A stretch of DNA of 63,877 nt, filler included, from Choristocarpus tenellus KU-1152 (lineage: Eukaryota > Protista > Phaeophyceae), in the NCBI GenBank assembly GCA_964200185.2. It is 10 parts of 10 records of this genome, joined end to end, with 100 filler letters (N's around TTAATTAATTAA, not from the genome) between each part and the next. Parts side by side here need not be neighbours in the genome. Positions count along the whole stretch, not along the records: positions 9,107 to 17,253 come from CAXNAD020005081.1; positions 17,354 to 20,640 come from CAXNAD020021020.1; positions 20,741 to 27,793 come from CAXNAD020006775.1; 7 more parts are not named here. One strand, given 5' to 3'. Under the pieces are notes generated by a model. The model was not told the DNA's origin, searched no databases, and worked only from the letters and a program-made list of their open reading frames with translations. Of the stretch, positions 12,860 to 24,538 are shown piece by piece; within the stretch, counting starts at the first letter, position 1; the number at the start of each line of letters is the position of its first letter. The position numbers and the translations under genes are program-made.

Positions 12860-13854
12860 ACATGATTTTTCCTCTATTATTACATATTTTTATGCATTTC
12901 AAGATGTTGAAGAGCTTGTTATGCAGGGAAAAAAATAAATATATAGGTGTGAACGTAACATGGTAGCACAACAATAGAGTTAGGGTTAAGGATTCTTTGC
13001 CGTGGTCACGAATTCTGGAATATGAATCAGCATCGTCTTGGCATTCCACCCATTCTAGTCCTCCCCTATCATTGTAGCACCACTGGTGACCAACACGTGC
13101 GACCAATCTTCGCCATTGATTTCCACTCAACAGTCATATCCGATGACCAACCATTGGGACCAATCTTTGCCACCAATTCCCAGTCACCTGCCAATGCGGG
13201 CGATATCCACCAATCCATCCACCTTCCTCCACAACAATTTTCCAACACACCACTTAACACTGCTCAACATTTATCCAAGAACAGGCTCAAAGCATTTGGC
13301 AGGAGGGGGGGGTTCTACACCAGGGTGTCCATTTGGGCCCTGATCAGGAGAAGTGCACTTATATTATCAATCTGATGCATGCAACCAATTCACCAAAAAC
13401 AGCAACATGGAAGAATGGGCCCCAAATGGACAGCTGCCACCCCCTCCAGACACTTCAAGTCACACCCCTTCATCATCCACTTCAATACCGTGCTTTTGAA
13501 CTAGAAGACATCTACCCTGCCTGAACTCGAAATCCCACTCGATCGTGACCAATCGAAAGGGTGGGTGGGTGGGAAAGATTGCTCGGATGTTACCGTGATC
13601 TTGCCCTTCTTGTCCTGAACCACCACCCATTCCCTCTTGCGTCATACCTCCACCTACCATTCATTTATAAACTTTTCTTTTACCCTCCATTTCTTTCTTA
13701 CCCCTTTCACTAATTTACCTTACCATATGTATTCCCCTCTATGAACTCTCTTCACAAAACTCTGATTACTCCATACACTTCCCCATTTTTTATGTATTGT
13801 GAGATGTGTAAGTGATTATTATGTAGGAAAAAAAATATAGGTGTCAACGTAACA
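12860..13854 (+). mobile_element. Small non-autonomous LTR retroelement relic (TRIM-like)
   Basis: 3' LTR 13588-13854 begins TGTTAC, ends GTAACA and is preceded by a purine-rich tract (AAAGGGTGGGTGGGTGGGAAAGA). Its last ~90 bp recur at ~12865-12960, followed immediately by a PBS-like TGGTAGCA. No gag/pol motif is visible. Confidence 0.65.
13284..13461 (+). mobile_element. MITE family B (~180 bp) inside the LTR relic
   Basis: TIR GGCTCAAAGCATTTGG...CCAGACACTTCAAGTC; 3-bp TSD ACA; homologues at 32435-32612, 55141-55319, ~49503-49657, ~39933-40018 and contig-edge ends at 4356, 17208, 45127. Confidence 0.85.
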
Positions 13855-15150
13855 ATACAAACAATACAAACAATACAGACAAACTCATTTACAGAATGCA
13901 ATGAACATAATTATCTAAAGGATTACTATCAAATAAATCAGAACGTCAACTTCTATGTATTCACAACAATAGATTCCTTGCGTTTTGTGTTGGCTTCTCC
14001 CTTGTATATTTCTTGTTTTTCTTTGTGAGAATCCTCCAACATGTCTACCATAACAATATATAGCAGTGACCTATTGTGACGTTAGTGGAGTGATGGATTC
14101 GTTGAAAAAACGGATAATACAATTTAAGATCCAAAACAGAACACCAGAACAACAACCACCCCAAACTATGTTTAATATTTTTATTTCGTGTGAGTCATCA
14201 CCTGTCAAGAAACTCTTGTTTGCTTTGACGTCACCTTCATTTTGGGGTAAATCGGTAGTGTTTAAAGTTTACGATTATACACAATTGTGTAGGATGGAGT
14301 TGATGGTTTTCTTAAATTTGAACTACAATGTGTGCAGCACCATCGCCTCTCAATTTAATTGGTGTTGGGAGGGAATAGTGTGAGATCTGAGACACCTACC
14401 TATATGGACACATAACGGACTATATGGATATCTAGCAGTCTTGTCCTGTTGGTTGTGAGGTATGATTCAAAGTGTAGGTACTCTCAGATAACAACGTCCA
14501 CCTCACTCACAGAAACGTGTATGTCGAAGGAACATAGAATTTTAGTGGGGAATCCGGAAACAGACTGACAAGGGAGTAGCCGAGGCACCCTTGACAATAT
14601 GTACCATCGTTAGCATCCCGGTCAGTATTGTCAAGGTCAGATTGCTGACACCAATGCCGCCAGCACGGGAAGCATTAGACCCTGGTGACAGGTGCGCGGG
14701 AAGCACTTGGTCCTCAGGAGGTAAAATGAAGACCAGGGGCTGAATACAACAGCCTGAGTCAGCGCAAGTACTCTCTGTGGAGGTTAGTAATACCCATAGC
14801 GGCTGCGTAGCATACTGTGTTGGACCTCCCTTGAAGCGACTGATTGTGTTTGAACTGGTATGTAGTGCACTGGATATACTAACGCCTTTTCGGTCTTCAA
14901 TTTCGCGCTGTTTGTTGTTGGGACTTATTTGGCGCCGTTTGCGATGAAGTGTCACATCCAACCGGTGTAGGATCGCACCAATGGAAGGAAAGTGAAGGTA
15001 TTGGTAAAGGTATATGGCCAGCTCATCACTGTGCCTCACATCGATGAGAAGGGATATATGCGAGGAGTAGGTTTTCGATATTTTTCACTGCTTCAAGTAC
15101 TCTGGTCATGAAAAAAGGAAAACCACAGATCTTTCCAGACTGTTTCAGCA

Positions 15151-15199
15151 AAGACTATTGAAGACTATTGAAGACTATTGAAGACTATTGAAGGCTATG
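15151..15199. repeat. Tandem 10-mer (AAGACTATTG)4 plus one degenerate unit
   Basis: Directly visible. Confidence 0.95.
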
Positions 15200-17378
15200 A
15201 GGCATAATCTACATCGGGTTATGAAGGAAGCTCAGAATGAGGTCAAGCTGTGGGAAAGGATTAGCCACGATATCTTTGACTGGGTAATGGAAGAGTGTTT
15301 TGAGGTGGATACACTGCCTTTTTTTCAATCCTACCTATCCCACTCTGCCTTGCGTGTTCCCTTGTGTAATTATATGGATTGCTCAACACAACGGATTCTG
15401 CGCGTCTCTTTTCACGCATCAACGGAAACAAATGATGAGGAAAGTAGTATCTCAAGACGGGAGTTCTACCCTTACTTTAGCGCCAAGATCGGTTATCGTT
15501 TTGTTCCTCATATTTATTACAAACTTGACTCTGAAAAATGCTAGAAGTATCTCATTGCTGTAGAACATACAGAATATCTTGCAGGTAGTAGAACTCTATG
15601 TACCAAATTCCATCACTCTTACAATAGGTTCGAGTTGTTGGCCCTGAGTCGACATGACCACACCCGATATACACCCTTACTGCATCATGAGGGCTAAATG
15701 TTGGAGAGGATGTGATTCAATACAACAGTTATAGCTTTGATCTAAACTGCTGAACTCTGACAATATGCAGCACCTTGTCTTCCTGTGTGGCACTTCGCTA
15801 TAGGTGGATGCATGAAAGGTTGCCAACAATGGCCAAGACACATGTACCACTTGAACATGCAAGTCCAGCGACAGCAGTAGCAGTGTGTGTTAACCAATAA
15901 TTTCTTCAGCATGGTGTCATTGTGCTTCACTAGTTTGGAAGACAGTTACAGATGCGGGAACATCTGTCTCTTGTTATTGTATTGTTATTGTAAGACGATT
16001 GCACTTTGTATAGTAAGATATTTAGGGTAAGTTCCATATTTTTTCAAGATTTGGGTCTCTGGCAGAGCCCCTTACTATCCAGGTAGTTTGTTCTGCCTCG
16101 CACCATACTGTGTGACTGAGTGCATGAGTTGACTTAATCAGGTACATTATTTATTTCAAGACGTTTTGAATTGTACTTAGAAATCCTTCCATTTGCAACA
16201 CTAACACTTTCTTACCTCCTGGCAAGACTGCTTCTGTTAAAGTGTGCTTCAGAAGCTTACCTCCACAGGATGTGTAGCTTCAATTTACAGGCTTATAGAT
16301 GATACTGATGCACGTATAGGACTCCTGATGCACAAGTCGTCAAGTATTCTGGATCTCTCACTTGGATTATCATCAATATCATCGTATAAGGAACTGGTCA
16401 ACGATGTCTTATCACAATCGGGGACCATAATGACCAAATAATAAATAATCAAGAAGTACAAATATATCAAATCTAGGACTTCAAGGCCATAATGGTGTTT
16501 ATGAAACCGCCATCAAGACATATCGCCTGTAACACTTCCTCTGGGTGAATTTTGATATGAAGGATCAACGTTTTCGTTGCCATACACTTACAGGCACCAT
16601 CACTAGTTGTTTTTACAGTTGCTACTGATTGATTGAGCATTGCCTTACAAGGTATATGAGTTCAAATAGTTAAGCCTCAACTGGAAACTTCAATTTACTG
16701 AATAATACTTTCAGCACAATTAACCCATAGCCCGAACAAATCAATCCACAAACTCGTGCTATGAGGTACATTCAGATATGTCCCAGAATGCAGTATCATT
16801 ACTTCAAACAATGGCACCAAACAATTCTCCCAGACATCAATTTTCGACTTGCCTCACGACCTCAATCCATACACACTGTTTCAATGGAGGGTCAAGCCCA
16901 CGTATTTGTTGTGGTTAGAGTCAGTTACCCTATCTAAGGATTGAAATGGCAAGTTCGGATGTAGAAGGAGCTTGGTTTTACACATAGAAGAATCTATTTC
17001 ATAAAGGCAGGTCCTTTTTGTTGGGGGGTTCATTATAGTGTTAACTACTTAGGTACGTGCATATGTTACAAGAGTGTCCCATCAATGTATGACTGATTCT
17101 AACGTGCCGTGTATAGTGAAAACCTATCAAGTTGATGGAACCCATACTTTATGAGGTTCCCCACGTACTGGTATGATAATGTTTATGAAGAAGAATGCCT
17201 GCAATCTGGCTGAAAGTATCTGGGGGGGGGGGTGCCGGCTGTCCATTTGGGGTNNNNNNNNNNNNNNNNNNNNNNNNNNNNNNNNNNNNNNNNNNNNTTA
17301 ATTAATTAANNNNNNNNNNNNNNNNNNNNNNNNNNNNNNNNNNNNNNNNNNNNACCACACCGTAAAAACACTTACGCA

Positions 17379-17379
<1 letters not shown>

Positions 17380-17413
<34 letters not shown>

Positions 17414-17942
17414 AGGACAATGTATGTTTGACACTGGGTCCGGCGATGGTATCCCATGCTTCAACAACAACACCTTTTTAAGTAATCGTGATGCGACTAC
17501 CCCTAACCCTAACCCTAACCCCCAAAATAGAGTTGTAGGCAAGCCCATTAAGAACCATTCCATCTGAGTTACTTTATTACGCCTAACCCTAACCCTAACC
17601 CGACAACACTCTGTACTTCCCTCCTTCCAACACTTCGATGAAGTCATCCCACATCAATGTGAGCACGATACAAACATGGTGCTTACTTTGTTGGGGGGGG
17701 GGGGGGGGGGGGACAAAAACACCCCAGCACAGCAACCCAACCAATGCAGAGGGGGGGGGGGGGGGGGGGGATGNNNNNNNNNNGTTGTTTTTTGTGATCA
17801 CGCTCACCCGTATGGGCGGCGGGTAGCCCTGGCCCTGCTCTTGGGGGGGGGGGGGGGGGGGGGGGCTACCAATAGGCCACACGGAAGAACCATTCCATAC
17901 CACGACATGAATAGACGTGAGGATTAGGGTTAGGTTTAGGGC
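17380..17942. repeat. Low-complexity block of long G runs interleaved with (TAACCC)n/(TTAGGG)n telomere-type repeats
   Basis: G tracts near 17380, 17693, 17751, 17843; TAACCC arrays near 17501-17523 and 17582-17601; TTAGGG near 17923-17941. Confidence 0.85.
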
Positions 17943-18262
17943 TAGTGGCACAAAACATCAAAATATTAACGTCTCTTACCTTAACCCTTTGGTGTCAGTA
18001 CCTTCACAAGTCACAATCCAACTCTAGCATTTACTGATACCGCACCTACATTTATTATTTTTTTACATTTTTTACAGTGTAACACCGGTTAAAAAGAAAA
18101 AATAGTAGAGAACACTAAGCACTCTTTACAGGTAAAAACACTGGACCAACACAACCTATCAAATTATTATTTTTCTTCTTAAACCATAAATAATAAAAAG
18201 AAAGTCAAAGCTAAAAAAAAAATGCAAGAGACTGACAGAGTAAAAAATAAAATAATAATTAC

Positions 18263-19538
18263 CTGCATGTCTGCCACTGTTTCCATCACCAGACCCAAAG
18301 AGAACAATCCAGCAAACGCCCATCCAACAGGGCCCATCAACCCCGCCCTAGCCATTCCAGTCACCACTGCTCCTCCAGTGGCACTGGTAGCTGCAGGTTT
18401 CAAAGATGATGATAGGTGGGAAAAGTTGCCCAGAGTAACAGGTAGGGATACCACCCATGCCCACATTGCCTGCATCATGCATGTCATTCATCCATCCACC
18501 CATCCATCCATAAATGCAAGCAATGTATTGGAAAGGCAAGTAAGAGGTGTATTTGGTATGAATCATAGTGCCAGATAGTTGGATTCAAATTGGAAAGGTA
18601 CTGCGCAACAAAAAAGAAAAATGTATCACATAAAAACGCAATTCCAAGTACTAGGAGAACCCCTACTAATGGTAATAATAATACAACGGCAAGGAGTCAA
18701 TTAAATGAAAATGTATTAATAGTCCATGAATTATTATTATTATTAATAATACTTGCAGAGGTAGAAAGAAATTCCTTTCCAAAGGAGAATGAATCCATTG
18801 TAACAAATGTGCAAGGGGAAACACTTCCAAAGTACACCAATACTAACAACACAGCAAAATAGACTTTCAAGTGTTTACAAGTACTTGGCACACTCTACAG
18901 TGCTGTAGTAGCACCTAGTGCTTGAAAGGACATGTTGGTACTTGATATTTGAAAGTATACTTGCCTTGGTACTCAATGGTACACTAACCCTTGGTCCTTG
19001 TCAGAACAGCAGTATTTGTACTTGGAACTTGACAATAAAATAGTGCTTAGCACTTGACAGTTCATAAGAGCTTGCAGGTGCAGAGGCATACAGTCCTTGA
19101 TACTTGATGGTACAAAATAGTCGACAGTCCTTGCCAGGAAATCAGTACCTAGTGGTTGCCGGTACAGTACCAACTGGTACTTGGTACTAGAAAATACACT
19201 ATGAACAGTCCCTAGCATGTTAAGGTACATACCAGCCTTCGTTACACTGCCCCACTTCATAATATCCTAACCCTAACCCTATCCCAAAGAAAGTACCAAG
19301 GCATAGTTAAAAGCACTTCAAGAAGTGTCACATGCCACCGTCACCCACCTGTATAGTCCAGAAGCCAGCGAGGTCAACCGGAAAGAAAGACCGGGTTCGG
19401 TCTAACCACCCCTCTCCCTTTTCCGGGAAGAACCGATCTAGTCTTTCATCCTTCCCTTCAAATACACACAAGGCAAGGAATGCTACATTCAATTCTGTCT
19501 GTATGCATGTCTGAATGGATTGATATATCATAGATTTG

Positions 19539-19581
<43 letters not shown>

Positions 19582-20549
19582 TCGAATGCAAGTAGTCACA
19601 AATTTGATTAGTTTACACTATATTTGAAGTTTTGATTTTATTTTGAATAATGCTTGGTTATGAGAAATGAGGGGTGGGGGGAGTGATACATTTTTTTTCC
19701 AGAACTTGGCTGTGGACTCATTCTCATCATCACCATTACCATTATCACCACCGCTCCATAGCGCCACAGGTGGCCACAAAACCCCTCCGTCAAACAACAC
19801 AGTAGGAGGCACACAAACAAAATAGATGTCCTCGAGAAAAAATAATGTATTTAAAAAATAATGTATTTAAAGCACAGCTACCACGAGTCATGCTCCAAAA
19901 AGAGGATGCAGCTGAGGCAATGCCAGCATACGGTATGAATTTGAATTTAAATTCAAACTCAAACACCACAGAAAAGGAACTTCATAAAAAAAACAAGAAT
20001 ATGAGATCGTTCTCAACGTGACCAACGCTGTGGAGAGAACAGGCGGTTTCAACACCATTCTTCATAACAACACAGGTAGTCCAAACAGTGTGCTGAAAGA
20101 CTGTTCAACCTGATATATATATATATGTATGTATGTATGTATGTATATATGATTGGAATTAGGGTTTAGGGTTTAGGGTTAGGGATTGCAATATTCATGA
20201 ATGAAAAAAAGTAGGTTAAACTCAATCGACCACATTATTACGATCACAATAATTTCATGTCTATTGACACTAACTACAAAAAATAACACATCTACTCCAA
20301 GTATATATATACATACATATCACCACCGTTGCTACTTCCTATTTTGGCTACCAGTATCATACAGAGCAGCACGACAGTGCTCTGTAGCAGGATAGGGTTA
20401 GGGTCTTTACAATTAAAAAAAGGGTTTTTGAGCAAACACAGACAACTGCCAAATCTCACCCGTCTTATTCACTCTGGTGAATAGGTAGCTTGCCAGTCTA
20501 GTCCCCCACAGCCCAACAGCAAGGTTCAGTAGAAGAGGTCTCACACCAC
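18263..20549 (-). CDS. Partial DUF1295 (steroid 5-alpha-reductase-like) membrane protein; exons 20549-20460, 19455-19349, 18469-18263
   Basis: Spliced translation GVRPLLLNLAVGLWGTRLASYLFTRVNKTG/KDERLDRFF...DLAGFWTIQ/AMWAWVVSLPV...LGLVMETVADMQ carries the W-x-x-RL-x-x-YL-x-x-R...D-x-R, FW-x-x-Q-x-x-W-x-W-x-V-SLP and E-x-x-AD-x-Q motifs of DUF1295. Canonical splice sites. Confidence 0.88.
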
Positions 20550-21023
20550 CTGCACTGTAAGAGCCAGACTTCCTTGGGGGGCAAATAAGAAGGGGGAAGA
20601 GGGAACATAGGTTGGGTGGGACGGGGGGAAATGGAAAGGGNNNNNNNNNNNNNNNNNNNNNNNNNNNNNNNNNNNNNNNNNNNNTTAATTAATTAANNNN
20701 NNNNNNNNNNNNNNNNNNNNNNNNNNNNNNNNNNNNNNNNTGTCCGGTCAGAACAACGACCGGACGCCCCCTCTCAAACCACCACCCCCCAAGATACTTT
20801 GACCCAGCCACCGTCCTCGTATAATGTATTTTGGACCAAGATGCATTTAGGACCTACGCTTGGCGCTTGAGTGGGTGTAGACTATGTTATTATGGCTCAG
20901 GGAAGTTACCATTGGGTTCAAAGCTGGAGCCTGGGTGGTTGCCACCGCTTGGTTTGGGTGTGGAAGAGAGGTAATCTGTAGTGGAAATCTCGACTTGTGC
21001 TGAAAATGGTGATATGGAGTACG

Positions 21024-21283
21024 GAGCCAAAGTATCTTATAGAGGGTACGGCCGCGTCCATTTGGGGGCCAAACTCCAATGTTGCGATTTTTATATAATC
21101 TTGGCTATCATATTAATTTTAGAGTTTCAATATCCTTGTTCCGGGCACACCTTTTCATAACGTATATATTTGACCTACCCCGAAACAATTTGGAGTAGGA
21201 AAATGTCATTAAAAAAGCGCGGGAAGCCAAGTCTCAAACGTACAAACAGGGCAAAATTCGTACCCTTTAAGATAATTTCACTC
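21024..21283 (-). mobile_element. MITE family A, full copy
   Basis: Both TIRs present; 4-bp TSD TACG. Confidence 0.9.
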
Positions 21284-21661
21284 TACGAGATGCTTGTGCG
21301 TCAACGTATTTCTAGTAAGGCTTCTGTCAATTGCTCTGTGGTCCGATCAACGCAAAGAGGGGAGGAAAAAGGATTGGGGCATGGCAGTAAAAGTATTAGA
21401 GGATGGTGGCAGAACGCACTAATGGAGATGAAATCTAGGTTGCCACCGGGCCAATAAAAACATGCGTATGAGGACACATAAACACAAACTCTTCGGGAAG
21501 ATAATAAATTCAATATACCAAATGCCTAAGTCCATTGATTTTGAGAACGTCCGATCTCTCCATCAAAACATGTCTGTCGAGGCATGTGTCGGACTGGCGA
21601 AGTAGAGGGTGACTCAGGATCAGAAAATGGCCTATGTTGCTCCTCAAAGCCGCGTCTCTCG

Positions 21662-22126
21662 TCAGTATGGTGACAGTGTAGGACTTGTCCAGAACCAGGC
21701 CCGTGTAGGAGCGTCTTGGTCAATACTGTAGTGTAGGACAAGAAGCTGGATATTTCCCAAGTCGCCATTATCCCATTTGACCTCGTAGGGGTAGCTGACT
21801 CGCTCCTCTCTAACGTTCACCGTGTAGTGGGGCTGGTACTTGGTCACGGTCTCTCGTATCCACTGATCGTCCCATCTGAAGTATAGTCCCCTGCCCTTGG
21901 CTCTGGCATTGAGTGTTTCTCCCTTACCTAAATCTGGCACATAACTCAGTGTCGGTTCAAGGAGTATATATTCCTATGTATCCTCCTCAAAGTCCCTACG
22001 TTTCTGCTGGCGGTCAACAATCGATCGATGGTGTTGTCTGACACACAGGGCTGCAGCCTCGTCACTGTCCCTCTTCTTCTTCTCTCAAAGTTTGTTGACA
22101 CCCTCCTCGATCTCGTCCTCTGTCAT
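21662..22126 (-). pseudogene. Decayed intronless ORF of unknown, probably TE- or virus-derived, function
   Basis: Protein-like frame MTEDEIEEGVNKL*...RGLYFRWDDQWIRETVTKY...PYEVKWDNGDLGNIQLLVLHYSIDQDAPTRAWFW with in-frame stops. The aromatic pattern suggests a small beta-barrel (Tudor/SH3-like); this is inference. Confidence 0.4.
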
Positions 22127-24272
22127 GTATACGCAAAAAGAGAGCTATTCGAATAGAGTTTTTGCTTTATGTGGTATGGATATATTTGTTAGCGGTGTGA
22201 GCACCATCCCTCGAGGTGGGGGGGTGCTCTGCCTCGTTATCTATTACCCACGTCAGCAGACACGTCAGAACGTTTCTGTGTCAGTCGCACTACGTCATTC
22301 GTTCTGCGTCAGTCGTAGCTGAGTCAGTCCTCTTACGTCAGCTACATATATTAAGCAGAAATAAAAAGAACCATCGAGATTCGAACTTACTAATTTAAAT
22401 ATACGGAATCATCTCATCGACACTTATTCCACTCAGTCAATATTTCTGTTACATGCTACTGGGTATCAAACACATAAGAACCTATCGACTACAAGCCTAT
22501 ATTGCACACTCCCCCATGAGCGTGCAGCAAAGTTGCTGACAAAAGGTCACTCCCAACGCTAAAGCACGGAATGCACAAAATCAGAACTTGCGCCATTGCT
22601 GCTGTCCCTGAGGTCCAGAGGCGAAACTACTACTAACTGCGAGGCATCTTTTGACACCCTCACAGGTACTCCAAGTATAGCTTCAATAACATTGATCCAG
22701 GATTCCTGATAAGAACGCTCAAACGGTATGGTGGTATGTGGTACATGCCAGCAACTATATTACAACAGACAAGCCTCCTTTTCCATATCACGCCCCCTTC
22801 TCATGGACCTCGAACCCATGTACGCACGATTCAGAGAGTGAGCGAAAAGATGAGTAAAAAAATCTTTGAATTGTGTAAGTGGACACAAAAGTTGGGTATC
22901 GTGTGTGCTGTGTAAACGTTTCTCTCTATTTTGTTTTCACTTTTTTTTCATTTTTTCTTTCATACATCTTTTTCCACGTACATGTTTTTTTGGTATCTCA
23001 TACGATATATGTACACAATAAACCAGATATATCCTTCTTTTTTTTTAAACACACACAAATATGCCATTATTTTCTGATAAACTTTCTATGGTTCTACAGT
23101 AGTAGTGTTTCAGATATGGCTACTTGGAAGTAATGATGATTGTCATTAAAAAAAAGTACGTTACAACAACAGTAATATACCGAGGATCGTGTAGATCATA
23201 AATATCAGTTGTGTGTGAAATAATTATGTCATCCCAATCATCATGCCTGGCGTCGTGACTTAAGTTGGTCATCTCCAAGAGCTAAAATTTAACGACACAA
23301 GACCTATGGGGCAGACGGAGTACAAGGCAGAAAACGCGAAAACAGAAAACTACGCATTGCTTACAGCAGAGAACATCACAGAGTAGTATCGCCCCTCGAA
23401 ACTATATAACCGGAACAACTATTGAACCTACTACTTGAAAAGACCGTACCAATATACCACTTAGCTCAGACAGCCCCCCCACCATTGATGAACGAATTGT
23501 ACCACTCCTTCAGATAAGTGTGGTGTGTCCTGTGAACCGTATTAGAGCACTCTTATCATACCCTCAGCCAGGGGCATGTTGGATACGGCGCGAGTGGACC
23601 GACAAATACGCTGGTCCTACCTCATACCGTGGGAGAGAGGTCATCTTCCTTCACTACTCGGATAACATCAGTCTCTTTGTAACCTGAAACCAAGATCCCA
23701 GTCCAGCAACGTAGAACACAAGACGGTTTACGTGACCAGCCTACAATAAACACCTACCGGTTGCCTCTAACTTAGGCTTTGACGGTGAACTGCCCCAGGC
23801 ATTGAGTGCGATATCTAACGGAACCTCAAATGAGGTACACGGAGTACTACGGTTTTGAAGCACAGAACGATAAATACTCCAGTCTGAGTTTTGGTACTAA
23901 CGATAACATACGTTGAAGAGAATGGTACTAATTTATTCACCCAACCAACGTACGAGAGAGGGCTATTGCTCTCGTGAAGGACAAGTCAAGATTGCATAAA
24001 TAAATAAAAACAATTTCGTAACACTCGATATTCGATTGAGGAATGAGGGCAGTATAAAGCGTGCACTCACATGCCATGGAGAGACTAACACTTTGACAGT
24101 TTTAGTTGATGTACTTGTCAATAGTATAAAAGGTTATGGGGGGGCTTCAATATTGACCATACTCTGGAGTAGAAAATTGAGAAGTATCGAATGCCAACCA
24201 ACTTGAAGGATTTTCTGTGTTCGTTATGGATTATAGTCAGGCATTGCTCGGTCATATATTGTAACATAGTCA

Positions 24273-24538
24273 GGGTCAAAGTTGAAGGAAGAGAGAGGTA
24301 GCCAGGCCTCGACCGTTTTTAATTTTTAGTCAGTTTTCAGTCATTTGCAATCCTTCACCCGTGTTTATATGGATGAACTGCCAAGTAAATTTGACATACG
24401 AGCGTTCAAATTCTCCATATTTTCTAAACTTTTCGACAGAATTTAGAAAATTCCTACACTCAAAACCGTTAAAAAAAAAGTCGATTGTTGCCATCCTTAA
24501 AATGCAACTCTTGGTACCTCTCTTACTCTTTACTTCTC
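24273..24538 (+). mobile_element. MITE family C, diverged copy
   Basis: GGGTCAAAGT...GAGAGGTAGCCAGG start, ...AAATGCAACTCTTGGTACCTCTC end. Confidence 0.75.

Noticed and set aside
17372-17951. Poly-Pro/poly-Gly ORFs (also 10527-10847, 27838-28143)
   Set aside because: Translations of G/C homopolymers and telomere-type repeats, some crossing N gaps.
19541-19580. (TG)n and other microsatellites (3536, 20113, 26104, 46496, 46561)
   Set aside because: Ordinary simple repeats.
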